DNA of 64,000 bases from assembly GCA_963676835.2 (NCBI GenBank), contig CAXXFF010000002.1, positions 224,001-288,000 on the forward strand, written 5' to 3'. The translations under genes and the position numbers were made by a program. The stretch comes from Marispirochaeta sp. (lineage in GTDB: Bacteria; Spirochaetota; Spirochaetia; JC444; Marispirochaetaceae). Of the stretch, positions 20,055 through 30,865 are shown one piece after another. The notes under the pieces are model-generated. The model did no database searches, was not told the origin of the DNA, and was given only the letters and a program-made list of their open reading frames with translations. Every line of letters starts with the position of its first letter. The first letter of the stretch is position 1.

Positions 20055-20083
20055 TTGACGGGAGAAGTCTGTTTCTTTACTCT
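20055..20083 (+). promoter_or_regulatory. sigma70 promoter for the response regulator/oppA genes
   Basis: TTGACG (20055-20060)-17-TACTCT (20078-20083). Confidence 0.55.
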
Positions 20084-20144
20084 TAACAGAACAGCGTCAG
20101 CCTGAGCAGACACACAAGCTACAGCACAACGTAAGGAGTAACTG

Positions 20145-20501
20145 GTGAACGAAAAGCGTGTTTTATATGCCGAAGACGAGTTCACTAACCGGAAACTGCT
20201 GGAAATCAAACTGAAAAACCATGGAATCGCCTGCGATCTGGCCCAGGACGGACTGAAGGCAATGGAACTTTTCAATTCCAGGCAGTACGACCTGGTTATT
20301 CTAGACCAGTACATGCCGGGAATGAACGGAGATCAGGTGGCAAGGAAAATACGGGAAACCCATCCCGAACTGCCCCTTATTGCCATAACCTCAGATGATG
20401 GAGAAATCCAGCGTCTTAATGAAGCAGGCTTCAATGAAGTATTTATCAAGCCCCTCAGGGGACAGCAGTATATAGACTCAATAAAGAACTACCTTACGTA
20501 A
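20145..20501 (+). CDS. Single-domain response regulator (CheY-like)
   Basis: AEDE, ILDQYMPGMNG, T and KP residues; SD AAGGAG. Confidence 0.9.
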   Translation: MNEKRVLYAEDEFTNRKLLEIKLKNHGIACDLAQDGLKAMELFNSRQYDLVILDQYMPGMNGDQVARKIRETHPELPLIAITSDDGEIQRLNEAGFNEVFIKPLRGQQYIDSIKNYLT

Positions 20502-20508
20502 GGACCGA

Positions 20509-22068
20509 ATGCGCAGATTACTACTCTTACTGGTTATACTCTGCGGATCTTTGACCGGATTCGCAGATCCTATTAGTGTCAGCTTCTCCAGCCAGTCAAT
20601 TGCACTGGATCCCCACCATTCCTACACCTCCACCGAGGCACAGCTCTACACGGCAATTTACGAGGGATTGTACACCTATCATCCCATAACTCTGGAACCC
20701 GTTCCCGGGGCGGCGGATTACTACGACCTTTCCGTAGACGGGCTGGTATATACCTTCCATATTCGGCCCAATGCCTACTACTGGAATGGCGACAGGGTTA
20801 GTGCAGAAGACTTCAGGGAGTCCTGGCTTCTGCACCTGAATCCCGAAGACAATGCGGAATACACCTTTCTGCTGGATATCATCCAGGGCGCCCGGGAGTA
20901 CCGGACCGGCAAGGGAACGGCTGATGAAGTAGGCATTAAGGTTCCCGAAGAGGGGATTCTGGAAGTGACACTCAACCATCCGGCATCCCATTTTCTAAAA
21001 ATAATCTGCCATCACAGCTTCAGCCCCATCCATGCGAAATTCCGGAATAACCCGGACTGGGAAGACACACCGTCGGTGATCAGTAACGGGCCCTTCATGA
21101 TCTACTCCCGGGAACCGGATAAATATATCCTCAAAAAAAATGAACTCTACTGGGACCGGGACAAGGTTCTCTCCGAAGAGATAACCCTCTATTTTTCTGA
21201 TGATTACCGCAGCATGACAGAAAAGTTCAATTCCGGAGAAATCCTCTGGTCTTCCGGGAACGTACTCTACGATCAGCTTAACGATCCCGATACCCTGGCA
21301 GTCTTTCACCAGTTTGCCACCAGCTATCTCTATTTCAACTGTGCCGATTCCCCCTGGGATGATCAGCGGCTCCGCAGGGCGCTGCTGCTGCTGGTTCCCT
21401 GGGAGAGTATCCGCACAGAACAGCGCTACGCAGTACCGACCTATCGGGCGGTGCCGCAGATTTCGGGCTACCCTGAAATAGACGGAATAAACGCGCAGAA
21501 CAGGGAAGAAGCCATGGCGCTTTTAAAAGATGCGGGCTTTCCTGATGGCAAGGGGCTCCCCGGGCCGGTATTCAAGATCCCCGAAAGCCAGGAGGTGCAG
21601 GCCCTTGCCCTGGAAATGGCGGCAGCCTGGAAAAAGGCACTCGGAATAGAAGCATCGTTTAAAGTGGTCCCCTATGGAAACTACTATAACGCCATTGAAA
21701 CAAAGGATTACACCCTGGGGTTGATGAGCTGGATCGGCGACTATGCGGATCCCCTGGCATTTCTGCAGATGTGGGTCAGTGATTCAAACCTGAACAAAGG
21801 ATCCTATAACAGTGCTGCCTACGACAGTCTGATTGAGGAATCCATGGCCCGCAGCGGCGTTGAACGTTATACAAGCATGGCAAAAGCGGAAGAGCTGATA
21901 CTGAGTGAAGGAGCGATTATTCCCTACAAGCATGCCCCTTCGTATAACTTTGTCCATGCGGAATCCCTGGGCGGCTGGGTGCCCAACCCTCTGGACATTC
22001 ATCCCTTCAAGTATCTGCACTACACCAGGCCACCGCTTCCTTCCCGAATCGTCCGGGCACGGCCGTAA
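20509..22068 (+). CDS. Peptide ABC transporter substrate-binding protein (OppA-like), no permease genes nearby
   Basis: LDP..IYEGL, PVPGAA, YTFHIRP, NGPF, WIGDYADP. Confidence 0.88.
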   Translation: MRRLLLLLVILCGSLTGFADPISVSFSSQSIALDPHHSYTSTEAQLYTAIYEGLYTYHPITLEPVPGAADYYDLSVDGLVYTFHIRPNAYYWNGDRVSAEDFRESWLLHLNPEDNAEYTFLLDIIQGAREYRTGKGTADEVGIKVPEEGILEVTLNHPASHFLKIICHHSFSPIHAKFRNNPDWEDTPSVISNGPFMIYSREPDKYILKKNELYWDRDKVLSEEITLYFSDDYRSMTEKFNSGEILWSSGNVLYDQLNDPDTLAVFHQFATSYLYFNCADSPWDDQRLRRALLLLVPWESIRTEQRYAVPTYRAVPQISGYPEIDGINAQNREEAMALLKDAGFPDGKGLPGPVFKIPESQEVQALALEMAAAWKKALGIEASFKVVPYGNYYNAIETKDYTLGLMSWIGDYADPLAFLQMWVSDSNLNKGSYNSAAYDSLIEESMARSGVERYTSMAKAEELILSEGAIIPYKHAPSYNFVHAESLGGWVPNPLDIHPFKYLHYTRPPLPSRIVRARP

Positions 22069-23567
22069 AGCTCCAGCATATCTTTCAGTCTTTCCGCGGC
22101 AATGGATGTCAGCTGTTCTTTGCGGAAACGGAAGGACCAGTTGGCAGGACCAACCGTAGAAGGAGTGTTCATCCGGTGTTCAGTGCCGAGAACCAGAATA
22201 TCCTGAAGCGGAATAAGGGCAAATCCTGCATTTGAACTCAAGGCAAGACGGATAAAATCCCAGACAATGTCATGATCATCCCGGGCCAGATAGCGGCGGA
22301 TCACATCTTTTACGGTGTCATCACAGCTGCTGTACCAGCCTGCGGTGGTATCATTATCGTGGGTTCCGGTGTAGACAACGGTGTTGGCCTCGTAATTGTG
22401 AGGCAGGAACTGATGATCCCCGTTAAAACGGCCGTCCTTATCAAACTCGAAGGCAAACTGAAGCACCCTCATCCCGGGAAAGGAAAACTCCCGGCGAAGA
22501 TTATCAACCTCCTCGGTAATAACCCCTAAATCTTCTGCAATAACCGGCAGATCTCCCCGGGATGCAAGCAGGTTGGCAAAAAACTCCTTCCCGGGAGCCT
22601 CAATCCATTCCCCTTCCATAGCGGTTTCCGCATCTCCGGGAATACGCCAGTAAGCCTGAAAGCCGCGAAAATGGTCAATTCGAATCCAGTCAACCCTGCG
22701 GAGTACCGCATCTATACGACGCTTCCACCAGCTGTAGTCATCGCTTTTCATATATTCCCAGCTGTAGAGCGGGTTCCCCCACATCTGTCCGGTTTCTGAG
22801 AAATAGTCCGGGGGAACTCCAGCTACAGCCTCTGGTTTACCGTCTTGCTTCAGCAGGAAATTATCCGGCCAGGTCCATACATCCGCACTGTCGGGGGCGA
22901 CAAAAATAGGTACATCCCCGATTATTTCAACGCCGCACTCAGCAGCATAGCTCTTAAGCCGCCTCCATTGACGGAAAAACAAGTACTGGATAATCCGCCC
23001 TGTTTCAAGCTGATCCTTGAGTATACTACGCCATTTTTTTACTGCAGCTGCTTTACGCAGACGGATATCTGCCTCCCAGGGTTCAGGGCCAGCCTCACCT
23101 CTGAGAAAATGCCGTCGGAGCCCATCGTAAAGTACATAGTCTTCAAGCCACCAGGACTCTGTATCAAGAAACCTTTTGAAATCATCACGCACCGCTTCCG
23201 GGGCCTTTGAAAATCGCCCGGCGGCGCGACGAAGCAGATCTTCCTTCCAGGGAATAAGCAGATCAAAATCGACACGTTCCAGAGGAAAACCGGGAATGTC
23301 AGCCAGATCGGAATCGAGCAACAGCCCCTCTTCCCGCAGCAGGTCCGGGCTTATGAGCAGTGGATTGCCGGCAAAACTGGAGAGCTCTGCATAGGGAGAA
23401 TTACCATAGCCCGTCGGCCCCAGGGGCAGAATCTGCCATAACCCCGCACCGGTAATTTTTAGGAAATCGAGAAACTCATAGGCTGCAGGACCGATATCTC
23501 CAATCCCGTAAGGCCCGGGAAGGGATGTGGGATGCACCAGAATTCCCGCACTTCGCCTGTCTATCAT
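22020..23567 (-). CDS. malQ: 4-alpha-glucanotransferase (GH77)
   Basis: HPTSLPG, WQILPLGP, GVPPDYFS, RIDHFRG, AEDLG, THDNDT. Confidence 0.96.
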   Translation of the reverse strand: MIDRRSAGILVHPTSLPGPYGIGDIGPAAYEFLDFLKITGAGLWQILPLGPTGYGNSPYAELSSFAGNPLLISPDLLREEGLLLDSDLADIPGFPLERVDFDLLIPWKEDLLRRAAGRFSKAPEAVRDDFKRFLDTESWWLEDYVLYDGLRRHFLRGEAGPEPWEADIRLRKAAAVKKWRSILKDQLETGRIIQYLFFRQWRRLKSYAAECGVEIIGDVPIFVAPDSADVWTWPDNFLLKQDGKPEAVAGVPPDYFSETGQMWGNPLYSWEYMKSDDYSWWKRRIDAVLRRVDWIRIDHFRGFQAYWRIPGDAETAMEGEWIEAPGKEFFANLLASRGDLPVIAEDLGVITEEVDNLRREFSFPGMRVLQFAFEFDKDGRFNGDHQFLPHNYEANTVVYTGTHDNDTTAGWYSSCDDTVKDVIRRYLARDDHDIVWDFIRLALSSNAGFALIPLQDILVLGTEHRMNTPSTVGPANWSFRFRKEQLTSIAAERLKDMLELYGRARTIREGSGGLV

Positions 23568-23621
23568 TCCGCCTCCAGATGCCGTGTATGGCTTTATGAG
23601 TACAGCAAAACCGTAGTTTTT

Positions 23622-24314
23622 TCAATGTCGATGGACTATTTGGTCAACAAACTTTTTCAACCGGTCACGGTACAAAAATGCCAATACCGTGGCCAGGGCA
23701 ACCAGTCCGGTAATTACTCCCAGGAGTACCCAGTTGCCCCCTGCGGCAGCACTGCCGGCAAGAACACTGCTCAGCAGGCCGGGAAACCTGCCCGCAAGAG
23801 AGAGGGTAAAAAACAGGGGAAGAGAAATAGTGCTCACACCGGCAAGATAACAGAGTGCATCTTTGGGAAAGCCGGGAATAAGAAAGAAAAGAAAAAGCCC
23901 CGTATGGGCCCTGTTTGAAGAAATAAGATGCGAGAACCTGCTGTAGCGTTCTTTTCCAAGTACTGTTTTCACAAAGGGAGAACCGAAAAACCGGCCGATA
24001 AAGAAATTCACCCCGGATCCCAGGCCTATGCCGGCAAGAGAAAGCAGCAGGCCCCTGGCAGTACCAAACAGATAGCCCCCGGCAATCTGGGGAACTTCGC
24101 CGGGAATCATAAAGATCAGTACCTGAAAGAACTGCACAATCACAAAAACAAGGGGTGCCGCAGGCCGGGATTCAACCCAGCGGGCAAAACTCCCGGGGCT
24201 GGTGAAAACCTGATGTATCCTGTTCCAGTGGATAATTACCAGCCCGGCGAACAACAGCAGCAACAGAGGAAAAACCATGCCTACAAGCACTTCGATCTTT
24301 CTGGATTTCTCCAT
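23622..24314 (-). CDS. TVP38/TMEM64 (VTT/DedA-like) membrane protein
   Basis: IPGEV..IAGGYLFG, LIPGFPKDALCYLAG. Confidence 0.88.
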   Translation of the reverse strand: MEKSRKIEVLVGMVFPLLLLLFAGLVIIHWNRIHQVFTSPGSFARWVESRPAAPLVFVIVQFFQVLIFMIPGEVPQIAGGYLFGTARGLLLSLAGIGLGSGVNFFIGRFFGSPFVKTVLGKERYSRFSHLISSNRAHTGLFLFFLIPGFPKDALCYLAGVSTISLPLFFTLSLAGRFPGLLSSVLAGSAAAGGNWVLLGVITGLVALATVLAFLYRDRLKKFVDQIVHRH

Positions 24315-24380
24315 ACAGCTAATGTACAGAAAGCACTCCTCAAAGGCTACAACTGTCTCTGTGCCCGCCCGTTACAGCCT

Positions 24381-24409
24381 TTGACTCTCTGGCCCTGATT
24401 CGCTATAAT
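24381..24409 (+). promoter_or_regulatory. Near-consensus sigma70 promoter of the carD operon (leaderless geometry)
   Basis: TTGACT-17-TATAAT, 7 nt before the ATG, no SD. Confidence 0.8.
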
Positions 24410-24416
24410 TACCACC

Positions 24417-24935
24417 ATGGAATCAGCCGCACAGTCGAAAACCTCGACCCAATATAAAGAAAACCAGGAAGTGGTTTATCCTCTCCAGGGTGTCGGAAAA
24501 ATCACCAGTATAGAAGAGAAGGACTTCAAAGGAAAAAAGCTTCTCTACTATATTGTCTACCTCGAAGTCTCCGATATGACCGTAATGATCCCGGTAGATA
24601 AGGCAGACGAACTGGGCATCCGGGCTATTGTCTCCAAGGATGAATCCAAGAAAGCACTGAAGCTTATCTCCGAGGAGCATGAGCCGATTACTGCAGACTG
24701 GAAAATGCGCTATCAGATGAACCTTGATCTGCTGAAAAGCGGCAGTGTCATGGATATCGCCACTGTTGTGCGCACTCTGTATCACCGCAGCAAAATCAAG
24801 GAGCTGCCAATCCTTGAAAGAAAGCTTTTCGACAGTGCCCTGAAACTGCTGGTAGATGAAATTTCATACTCTCTGGGAAAAAGTAAAGACGAGGTGGACA
24901 CCCTTATCTTTTCCAGGCTGGAATCCAGGGAATAG
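24417..24935 (+). CDS. carD: CarD family transcriptional regulator
   Basis: VVYPLQGVGKI, conserved WKMRY. Confidence 0.9.
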   Translation: MESAAQSKTSTQYKENQEVVYPLQGVGKITSIEEKDFKGKKLLYYIVYLEVSDMTVMIPVDKADELGIRAIVSKDESKKALKLISEEHEPITADWKMRYQMNLDLLKSGSVMDIATVVRTLYHRSKIKELPILERKLFDSALKLLVDEISYSLGKSKDEVDTLIFSRLESRE

Positions 24936-24944
24936 TCTCTCCCT

Positions 24945-25610
24945 ATGAGAGCTGCTGTTATCGTTACAGCCGCCGGCTCCAGCCGGAGATTCGGCGGCAG
25001 CATGAAAAAAGAATATCTTAGCCTCGGCTCCGGCAGCGTACTCTCCAGCGCTTTACTGCCCTTTCTCAATACCTCAGTCTTTTCCCATCTGGTGGTCACA
25101 GTGCCCGCAGGCGGCGAAGCTGACGCCCGGGAATCCCTGTCGGACTGCCCGAGGCTTGATGAAATCATTTTTGTCACCGGCGGCGAGACCCGGCAGGCTT
25201 CCGTATTTGAAGGTCTGAAGGCACTCAAGGAGATCAATCCCGAAGTGGTTCTGATACATGACGGAGCCCGCCCCTGGTGCAGCAGCGATATAGCCGAGTC
25301 CGTGGCCAGGAGAGCTTACGAAGCCGGCGGCTGTGCTCCCTCCGTTCCCTCCGTGGATGCCATGAAGATAATAAGCCGGGAGGGATTCATAATTGATCAC
25401 CTTTCCCGGGAAACAACCTTCCGCATTCAAACCCCCCAGGGCTTTCTCTATGAAGACATATTTGAAGCCCACGAAAAAGCTGCCAATGACAGCGGTATCT
25501 ATATTGATGACACAGAAATTTACGGCCGCTACATCGGTGCGGTAGCTACTGTCCCGGGAGATGAAGCAAACCGTAAGATCACCTATCAGGAAGATCTCCA
25601 GAAATCATGA
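24945..25610 (+). CDS. ispD: 2-C-methyl-D-erythritol 4-phosphate cytidylyltransferase
   Basis: AAGSSRRFG, GGETRQASV, IHDGARP, QTPQGF, NRKIT. Confidence 0.93.
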   Translation: MRAAVIVTAAGSSRRFGGSMKKEYLSLGSGSVLSSALLPFLNTSVFSHLVVTVPAGGEADARESLSDCPRLDEIIFVTGGETRQASVFEGLKALKEINPEVVLIHDGARPWCSSDIAESVARRAYEAGGCAPSVPSVDAMKIISREGFIIDHLSRETTFRIQTPQGFLYEDIFEAHEKAANDSGIYIDDTEIYGRYIGAVATVPGDEANRKITYQEDLQKS

Positions 25611-26089
25611 CACCGAATATACGCATTGGACTTGGATACGATCTGCATCGTCTGGTGGAAGGGCGGCCGCTGATTCTCGGCGGCGTAACCGTACCTGCCC
25701 CATTCGGTGAAGATGGACATTCTGATGGAGATGTGCTGATTCATGCGGTTATAGACGCGCTCCTCGGCGCCGCGGCACTGGGGGATATTGGAACCCATTT
25801 TCCACCATCAGATGACGCCTACAAAAATATCGACAGCCGGATACTGCTATCCCGTACTGTAGAGCTGCTCAACAGACATGAATTTCGCCTGATAAATCTG
25901 GATGCCACCGTAATTTTACAGACACCGAAACTGATGGAATATATTCCCGCCATCCGCGCCCTGCTGGCGGAAGACCTCGGTACCGGCATTGAAAATGTAA
26001 GCATCAAGGCGAAAACCAACGAAAAGGTTGATGCCCTGGGTGAAAGCAGGGCTGTCGCTGTCCATGCGGCTGTCCTTATTACAAAATGA
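25607..26089 (+). CDS. ispF: 2-C-methyl-D-erythritol 2,4-cyclodiphosphate synthase
   Basis: RIGLGYDLH, GHSDGDV, GDIGTHFP, KAKTNE. Confidence 0.96.
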   Translation: MTPNIRIGLGYDLHRLVEGRPLILGGVTVPAPFGEDGHSDGDVLIHAVIDALLGAAALGDIGTHFPPSDDAYKNIDSRILLSRTVELLNRHEFRLINLDATVILQTPKLMEYIPAIRALLAEDLGTGIENVSIKAKTNEKVDALGESRAVAVHAAVLITK

Positions 26090-26751
26090 TTCTGAATCCC
26101 CCCGCTGACTGGAACGCATTTTTTTCAAGCCTGAGAATATTAACTCGGGATGCTCCTGTTCCCTCTATCAATCAGGTTGCAGGGGAGATCCCCGATCCTT
26201 TTCGTGTGCTGATCTCCACCATTATCTCCCTGCGCACAAAAGACGAAGTAACCATCGCGGCTTCTGAACGCCTCTTTGCCCGGGCAGACACTCCCGGACA
26301 TATTCTAAATACTCCGGAAAGCGAAATTGCAGAACTGATTTTTCCCTGCGGGTTCTATAAAACGAAAGCGGTGACCATCCGTACAGTTTCGCAACTGCTG
26401 ATAGAAAGACATGGAGGCATGGTGCCCGACAGCTTTGATGCCTTAACAGCACTCCCCGGAGTGGGTGCGAAGACCGCCAATCTTACCCTGGGACTGGCCT
26501 TCGGAATTCCCTCCATCTGCGTGGATACCCACGTTCACCGCATACCCAACCGCATGGGATGGATCGCAAGCTCCAATCCGGAAGAGACGGAGACAGATCT
26601 GGAACAGATTCTGCCCCGGGAGTTCTGGATAGAAATAAACAGCCTTATGGTAGCTTTCGGCAAAACAGTTTGTGTTCCCGTGAGCCCCTGGTGCGGGAAA
26701 TGTCCGTTTTTTGAAGACTGCCCCAAAGCGGGAGTAAAAAAGCAGCGGTAA
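26086..26751 (+). CDS. nth: Endonuclease III
   Basis: HhH LPGVGAKTA, VDTHVHR, C-x6-C-x2-C-x5-C Fe-S motif. Confidence 0.92.
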   Translation: MILNPPADWNAFFSSLRILTRDAPVPSINQVAGEIPDPFRVLISTIISLRTKDEVTIAASERLFARADTPGHILNTPESEIAELIFPCGFYKTKAVTIRTVSQLLIERHGGMVPDSFDALTALPGVGAKTANLTLGLAFGIPSICVDTHVHRIPNRMGWIASSNPEETETDLEQILPREFWIEINSLMVAFGKTVCVPVSPWCGKCPFFEDCPKAGVKKQR

Positions 26752-26760
26752 AAATCAGCG

Positions 26761-27948
26761 CTACTCATCTACAGGAAAGAAAAATGAAAAATGACCGGTA
26801 CCCGGAGAGACTTCCATGGTGCCGCCCATTCGTTCCGTCAGCCCCTGCATAAGCTGAAGTCCCAGAGAAGTTTCTGACCGGTGCTTGAAATCTTCAGGCA
26901 CTCCGACACCGAAATCCTGATAATCAAGAAGATAGCGGTTACGTACCCGGCTGAATGATATCTGTATTCTGCCTTTCTGTTCATTGCCGTAGCCGTGCCG
27001 CACTGTGTTGGTAATCAGCTCGGTGATGATAAGACCGAACCAGATACCGCTGTCTGCATCGACTTCGGCCTCCGCTATATCGTACTCAAGGGTAAATCTG
27101 TCACGAATAGTCATGGAATCAATAATCTGGGGTATAAGTTTATTCAGATAATAAGAAAGATCCACCGTGGCAAAAACCTGTCCATCATGAAGGTGTTGAT
27201 AAACTAAAGCTATGGATTCCACCTTATTGCCCAGATGTTCAAGCAGATGCCTGCAGGAAAGGAACTCCGGCTCGTCCTGACTGAGCCTGATAAACCCGAG
27301 GATCATGGACAGGGAATTCTTTACCCGGTGATGTACTTCACGGAGGAGCATCTCCTTCTCGTGGAGGGCCTGACGGATCTCCTCCACTGAACGTCCCCGG
27401 TACATTGCATTCCGGGCAACAATGGATACCCCCTTCAGCATTCCAGATTCAGCCTCTCCCCAACTGCAGCCTTCACCCAGAAACAGCAGAAACAGGGCAT
27501 CGACACCACCGCGGACAGACACTGGAGCCGCCGCAACAAGAAAGGAGCCGCTGTCCCTACCGGAGAGTTCCGGCAGCAGTTCCTGCAGTTTGCCCGAAAA
27601 GACAGCCCCTCCGGAAATCTGATCAACACTGATGGCCGGATAGTCCACTACCGACAAAGCAGCCTCACATTCAGGATCAAGGCCTCTATTTACCGATAGA
27701 ATAAAATTTCCGGTGATACTGTTTGCAAGCAGGATTCCTCCGCCGGAAAACAGCTCCATCTTCAGGAGAGATTCAAGCAGATACGCGAACATTTCGGTAA
27801 GGGAGATACTGCTGTCGGCTTTTTCAATTAAACCATAGGGAAACTGCTGGAGCTTTATTGTTTTCTCCATCTTTGCAAGTTCAGCCTGCAAATTACGGTT
27901 TTCCGCAGCGAGGTGGTCAATTTTTTTTATATAACTTTCCTGCTCCAT
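26761..27948 (-). CDS. GAF-like + HisKA_2 sensor histidine kinase
   Basis: REVHHRVKN H-box, ELITN, DFGVG, SLGLQL. Confidence 0.88.
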   Translation of the reverse strand: MEQESYIKKIDHLAAENRNLQAELAKMEKTIKLQQFPYGLIEKADSSISLTEMFAYLLESLLKMELFSGGGILLANSITGNFILSVNRGLDPECEAALSVVDYPAISVDQISGGAVFSGKLQELLPELSGRDSGSFLVAAAPVSVRGGVDALFLLFLGEGCSWGEAESGMLKGVSIVARNAMYRGRSVEEIRQALHEKEMLLREVHHRVKNSLSMILGFIRLSQDEPEFLSCRHLLEHLGNKVESIALVYQHLHDGQVFATVDLSYYLNKLIPQIIDSMTIRDRFTLEYDIAEAEVDADSGIWFGLIITELITNTVRHGYGNEQKGRIQISFSRVRNRYLLDYQDFGVGVPEDFKHRSETSLGLQLMQGLTERMGGTMEVSPGTGHFSFFFPVDE

Positions 27949-27995
27949 ACTTCTGTTAATAAGGAAGAGTAGTATGTTTTTTCAGCGATTTCAAG

Positions 27996-28027
27996 AAAAA
28001 AGGCCCTGAAGTACAAACTTCAGGGCC
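27996..28027 (-). terminator. Rho-independent terminator after the fusA-ATPase operon
   Basis: GGCCCTGAAG/CTTCAGGGCC stem followed by a U-run on the minus strand. Confidence 0.85.
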
Positions 28028-28057
28028 CTGCAATGCTGTTAAATAAACCGTTAAAGC

Positions 28058-28762
28058 TTATTCCCGTGCAATAAGCATGGTTTTTGGATCCAGCATAAGA
28101 TGCATGTCTGTAAGCTCTTTGCTTTCGTGATCCTTTACAGCCTTCAGCTTAACATGATCCCCGTCATACGCCAGGGTTATAATCACATCAAGATAATCCT
28201 CAAAAGATTTAAGCTGAATAGGATGGCCGGCTTCATCAAAATAGGGTTCTTCCGGCTTCAGGGAAGCGCTGAACCATACTTCAACACCCTTCTGCTCAGC
28301 AAAATCGCGGATCTTCTTCAAGTCATCCGCAGATGCCATGGTAAAATCAAATCCATCGAAAAGAACCTGATCTGCCGCGAAGTTACCTTCACTGATCATG
28401 GCCCCGATACTGCTGAGGATCTGCTCAGTAGAAATTCCCGACTGGTTGAAGTTCATAATCACACGGTTCTTGATAATTTCGTCATGAACAGAAACCGCAT
28501 TCTCAAGCTCTCTCTTCTTGGAAATTTCTCCAAAGATATCCTCATACCAGCTGACAATGTGGTCAACCTTGGAAGAAAAGGAGACATGAATTACATGTTT
28601 GTCATTGAAGAGCTGATCAGTGGCAATATGCACCAGACAGGCTGTCTTTCCGACACCTTTCCGGGAGGCAAGCACACCAATGCGCCCTTTGCCCAGACCG
28701 CCATGGATGGATTTCTCGAAAATCCTTAACGGACTGCGCTTGATAAGTTCAGATTTAACCAT
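28058..28762 (-). CDS. RecA/KaiC-superfamily P-loop ATPase-like protein
   Basis: GGLGKG..ASRKGVGKT Walker A, VLFDG Walker B; 9 nt downstream of fusA. Confidence 0.75.
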   Translation of the reverse strand: MVKSELIKRSPLRIFEKSIHGGLGKGRIGVLASRKGVGKTACLVHIATDQLFNDKHVIHVSFSSKVDHIVSWYEDIFGEISKKRELENAVSVHDEIIKNRVIMNFNQSGISTEQILSSIGAMISEGNFAADQVLFDGFDFTMASADDLKKIRDFAEQKGVEVWFSASLKPEEPYFDEAGHPIQLKSFEDYLDVIITLAYDGDHVKLKAVKDHESKELTDMHLMLDPKTMLIARE

Positions 28763-28771
28763 TCCTACCCC

Positions 28772-30865
28772 CTATTTTCCTTGCTCTTTTCGCTTCTTCT
28801 CTTCGAACTCTTTCTTGAGCTCCTCAGAGATTCCTGCCGGTACGCGTCCGTACTTTTCAAACTCCATGGTGTACTCCGCCTTACCCTGGGTAAGTGAACG
28901 AAGGACTGTGGAATAACCGAACATCTCACTAAGAGGTACTTCAGCTTCCACCCGGCAGAAGTTTCCGTCTTCGACGGATGCTACTATTATACCCCGACGC
29001 TGGTTAATTGAGCCGAAAATATTTCCCTGAAATTCATTGGGTCCTTCAACAGAGACCTTCATAATGGGTTCAAGGATAACCGGTTTTGCTTTTGCATAGG
29101 CTTCACGGAAAGCGCCGATAGCGGCAATCTGGAAGGCCATATCGGAGGAGTCGACCGCGTGGGAAGCACCGTCCTGAAGAACAGCCTTGACACCAACAAT
29201 GGGGAATCCGATTAGGGTTCCTTTTTCCAGTGCAGACTGAAAACCCTTGTCACAGGCAGGGATATATTCAGTAGGAATGTTACCACCCTTAACCTGGTTT
29301 TCGAAAACATAGTTGCCTTCACCTTCATAAGGTTCAATATATCCGACAACCTTACCGTACTGTCCGGAACCACCGGTCTGTTTCTTGTGAACGTAATCAA
29401 AATTAGCCTGCTGACTGATTGCCTCACGGTATGCTACCTGGGGTGCTCCGGTGACAACCTCTGCCTTATACTCACGCTTCATACGCTCAACGTAAACTTC
29501 CAGATGAAGCTCTCCCATACCCTGAATTATAGTCTCATTTGACTCGGGATCAACATAAGTACGGAATGTCGGGTCTTCTTTTGTAAACCTGTTGAGGGCC
29601 TTGGCCATATTGTCCGATGCCTTCTTGTCTACAGGAGTGATCGCAAGGGTAATAACCGGGTTGGGAACAAACATGGAAGTCATTGAGTAGTTGAGATCGG
29701 GGTGACAGAAAGTGTCTCCTGAAGCACACTCAACACCGAAAAGGGCCGCGATTTCGCCGCATCCTGCTTCGGTAATATCTTCCATACTGTCCGCATGCAT
29801 CTTGATAAGACGTCCAACCTTGAACTTCTTGCGACTACGTACGTTGTAGAGCTCTGAACCTTTCTTGATCTCACCCTGATAAACACGGATGTAGGTAAGC
29901 TGTCCATACTGACCATCTTCCAGCTTGAAAGCAAGAGCCACAGGAGGCTTGGAAGCGTCGGAGGGCAGAACAATTTCTTCCTCGTTATTGTCCAGATCAA
30001 GGGCCTTGTTCTCAACCTCAGTGGGGTTGGGAAGGTAGGCAGTTACCGCATCAAGAAGGGACTGAACACCCTTGTTCTTGTATGCAGAACCGAGAAAAAC
30101 AGGAGTCAGGTCAAGGGAAAGAGTTCCAAGGCGCACTGCTTCATGAATGAGCTCTTCAGTAACCTGCTCCTCAAGCATTGCTTCCATAAGATCTTCGGAG
30201 AACATGGAAACAGCGTCCAGCATGATTTCCCGGCGTTCTTCCGCCAGATCCTGGAGTTCGGCGGGAATATCCTTAATCTGAATATCCTCTCCATCATCTC
30301 CATAGAAGTAAACGGCCTTCATGGTTACCAGATCGACAACTCCCTCAAGCTTCTCTTCGAGCCCGATGGGAATCTGCATCATGATCGCGTTGTGGCCGAG
30401 TTTTTCCTCAAGCTGATCCCGAACCTTGAAGGGGTTGGCTCCGGTACGGTCACACTTGTTGATAAATGCGATACGGGGAACGTTGTAGCGCTTCATCTGC
30501 CGGTCTACGGTAATAGACTGGGACTGAACACCACCAACGGAACAGAGAACAAGGATGGCTCCGTCCAGTACGCGCAGGGCACGTTCTACCTCAATGGTGA
30601 AGTCAACGTGGCCCGGAGTATCGATAATATTAATCTGTGTGTCTTTCCAGGTTACGTTGGTTGCGGCGGAAGCGATGGTAATTCCACGCTCTTTCTCCAG
30701 CTCCATGGAGTCCATGGTCGCCCCGACACCGTCCTTACCCCTAACTTCGTGTATTGCATGAATCCTCTTGCAGTAAAACAGGATCCGTTCGGTAAGGGTT
30801 GTTTTTCCGGAGTCGATATGGGCGCTGATACCGATATTCCTTAGATGGGTAATATCTTGGCTCAT
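28772..30865 (-). CDS. fusA: Elongation factor G (stand-alone, spd/mitochondrial EF-G1 type)
   Basis: [31 protein letters not shown]; no rpsL/rpsG/tuf neighbours. Confidence 0.96.
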   Translation of the reverse strand: MSQDITHLRNIGISAHIDSGKTTLTERILFYCKRIHAIHEVRGKDGVGATMDSMELEKERGITIASAATNVTWKDTQINIIDTPGHVDFTIEVERALRVLDGAILVLCSVGGVQSQSITVDRQMKRYNVPRIAFINKCDRTGANPFKVRDQLEEKLGHNAIMMQIPIGLEEKLEGVVDLVTMKAVYFYGDDGEDIQIKDIPAELQDLAEERREIMLDAVSMFSEDLMEAMLEEQVTEELIHEAVRLGTLSLDLTPVFLGSAYKNKGVQSLLDAVTAYLPNPTEVENKALDLDNNEEEIVLPSDASKPPVALAFKLEDGQYGQLTYIRVYQGEIKKGSELYNVRSRKKFKVGRLIKMHADSMEDITEAGCGEIAALFGVECASGDTFCHPDLNYSMTSMFVPNPVITLAITPVDKKASDNMAKALNRFTKEDPTFRTYVDPESNETIIQGMGELHLEVYVERMKREYKAEVVTGAPQVAYREAISQQANFDYVHKKQTGGSGQYGKVVGYIEPYEGEGNYVFENQVKGGNIPTEYIPACDKGFQSALEKGTLIGFPIVGVKAVLQDGASHAVDSSDMAFQIAAIGAFREAYAKAKPVILEPIMKVSVEGPNEFQGNIFGSINQRRGIIVASVEDGNFCRVEAEVPLSEMFGYSTVLRSLTQGKAEYTMEFEKYGRVPAGISEELKKEFEEKKRKEQGK

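Noticed and set aside
20051..20105. Hairpin (GTTGACG...CGTCAGC enclosing TCTGTT/AACAGA) upstream of the response regulator as a riboswitch
   Set aside because: The 5' arm coincides with a good TTGACG-17-TACTCT promoter, so it is probably not transcribed, and it matches no riboswitch consensus I recognise.
22020..22068. 49-nt convergent overlap of oppA and malQ
   Set aside because: Short 3' overlaps are common in this compact genome (also EamA/aminopeptidase) and show no extra signal.
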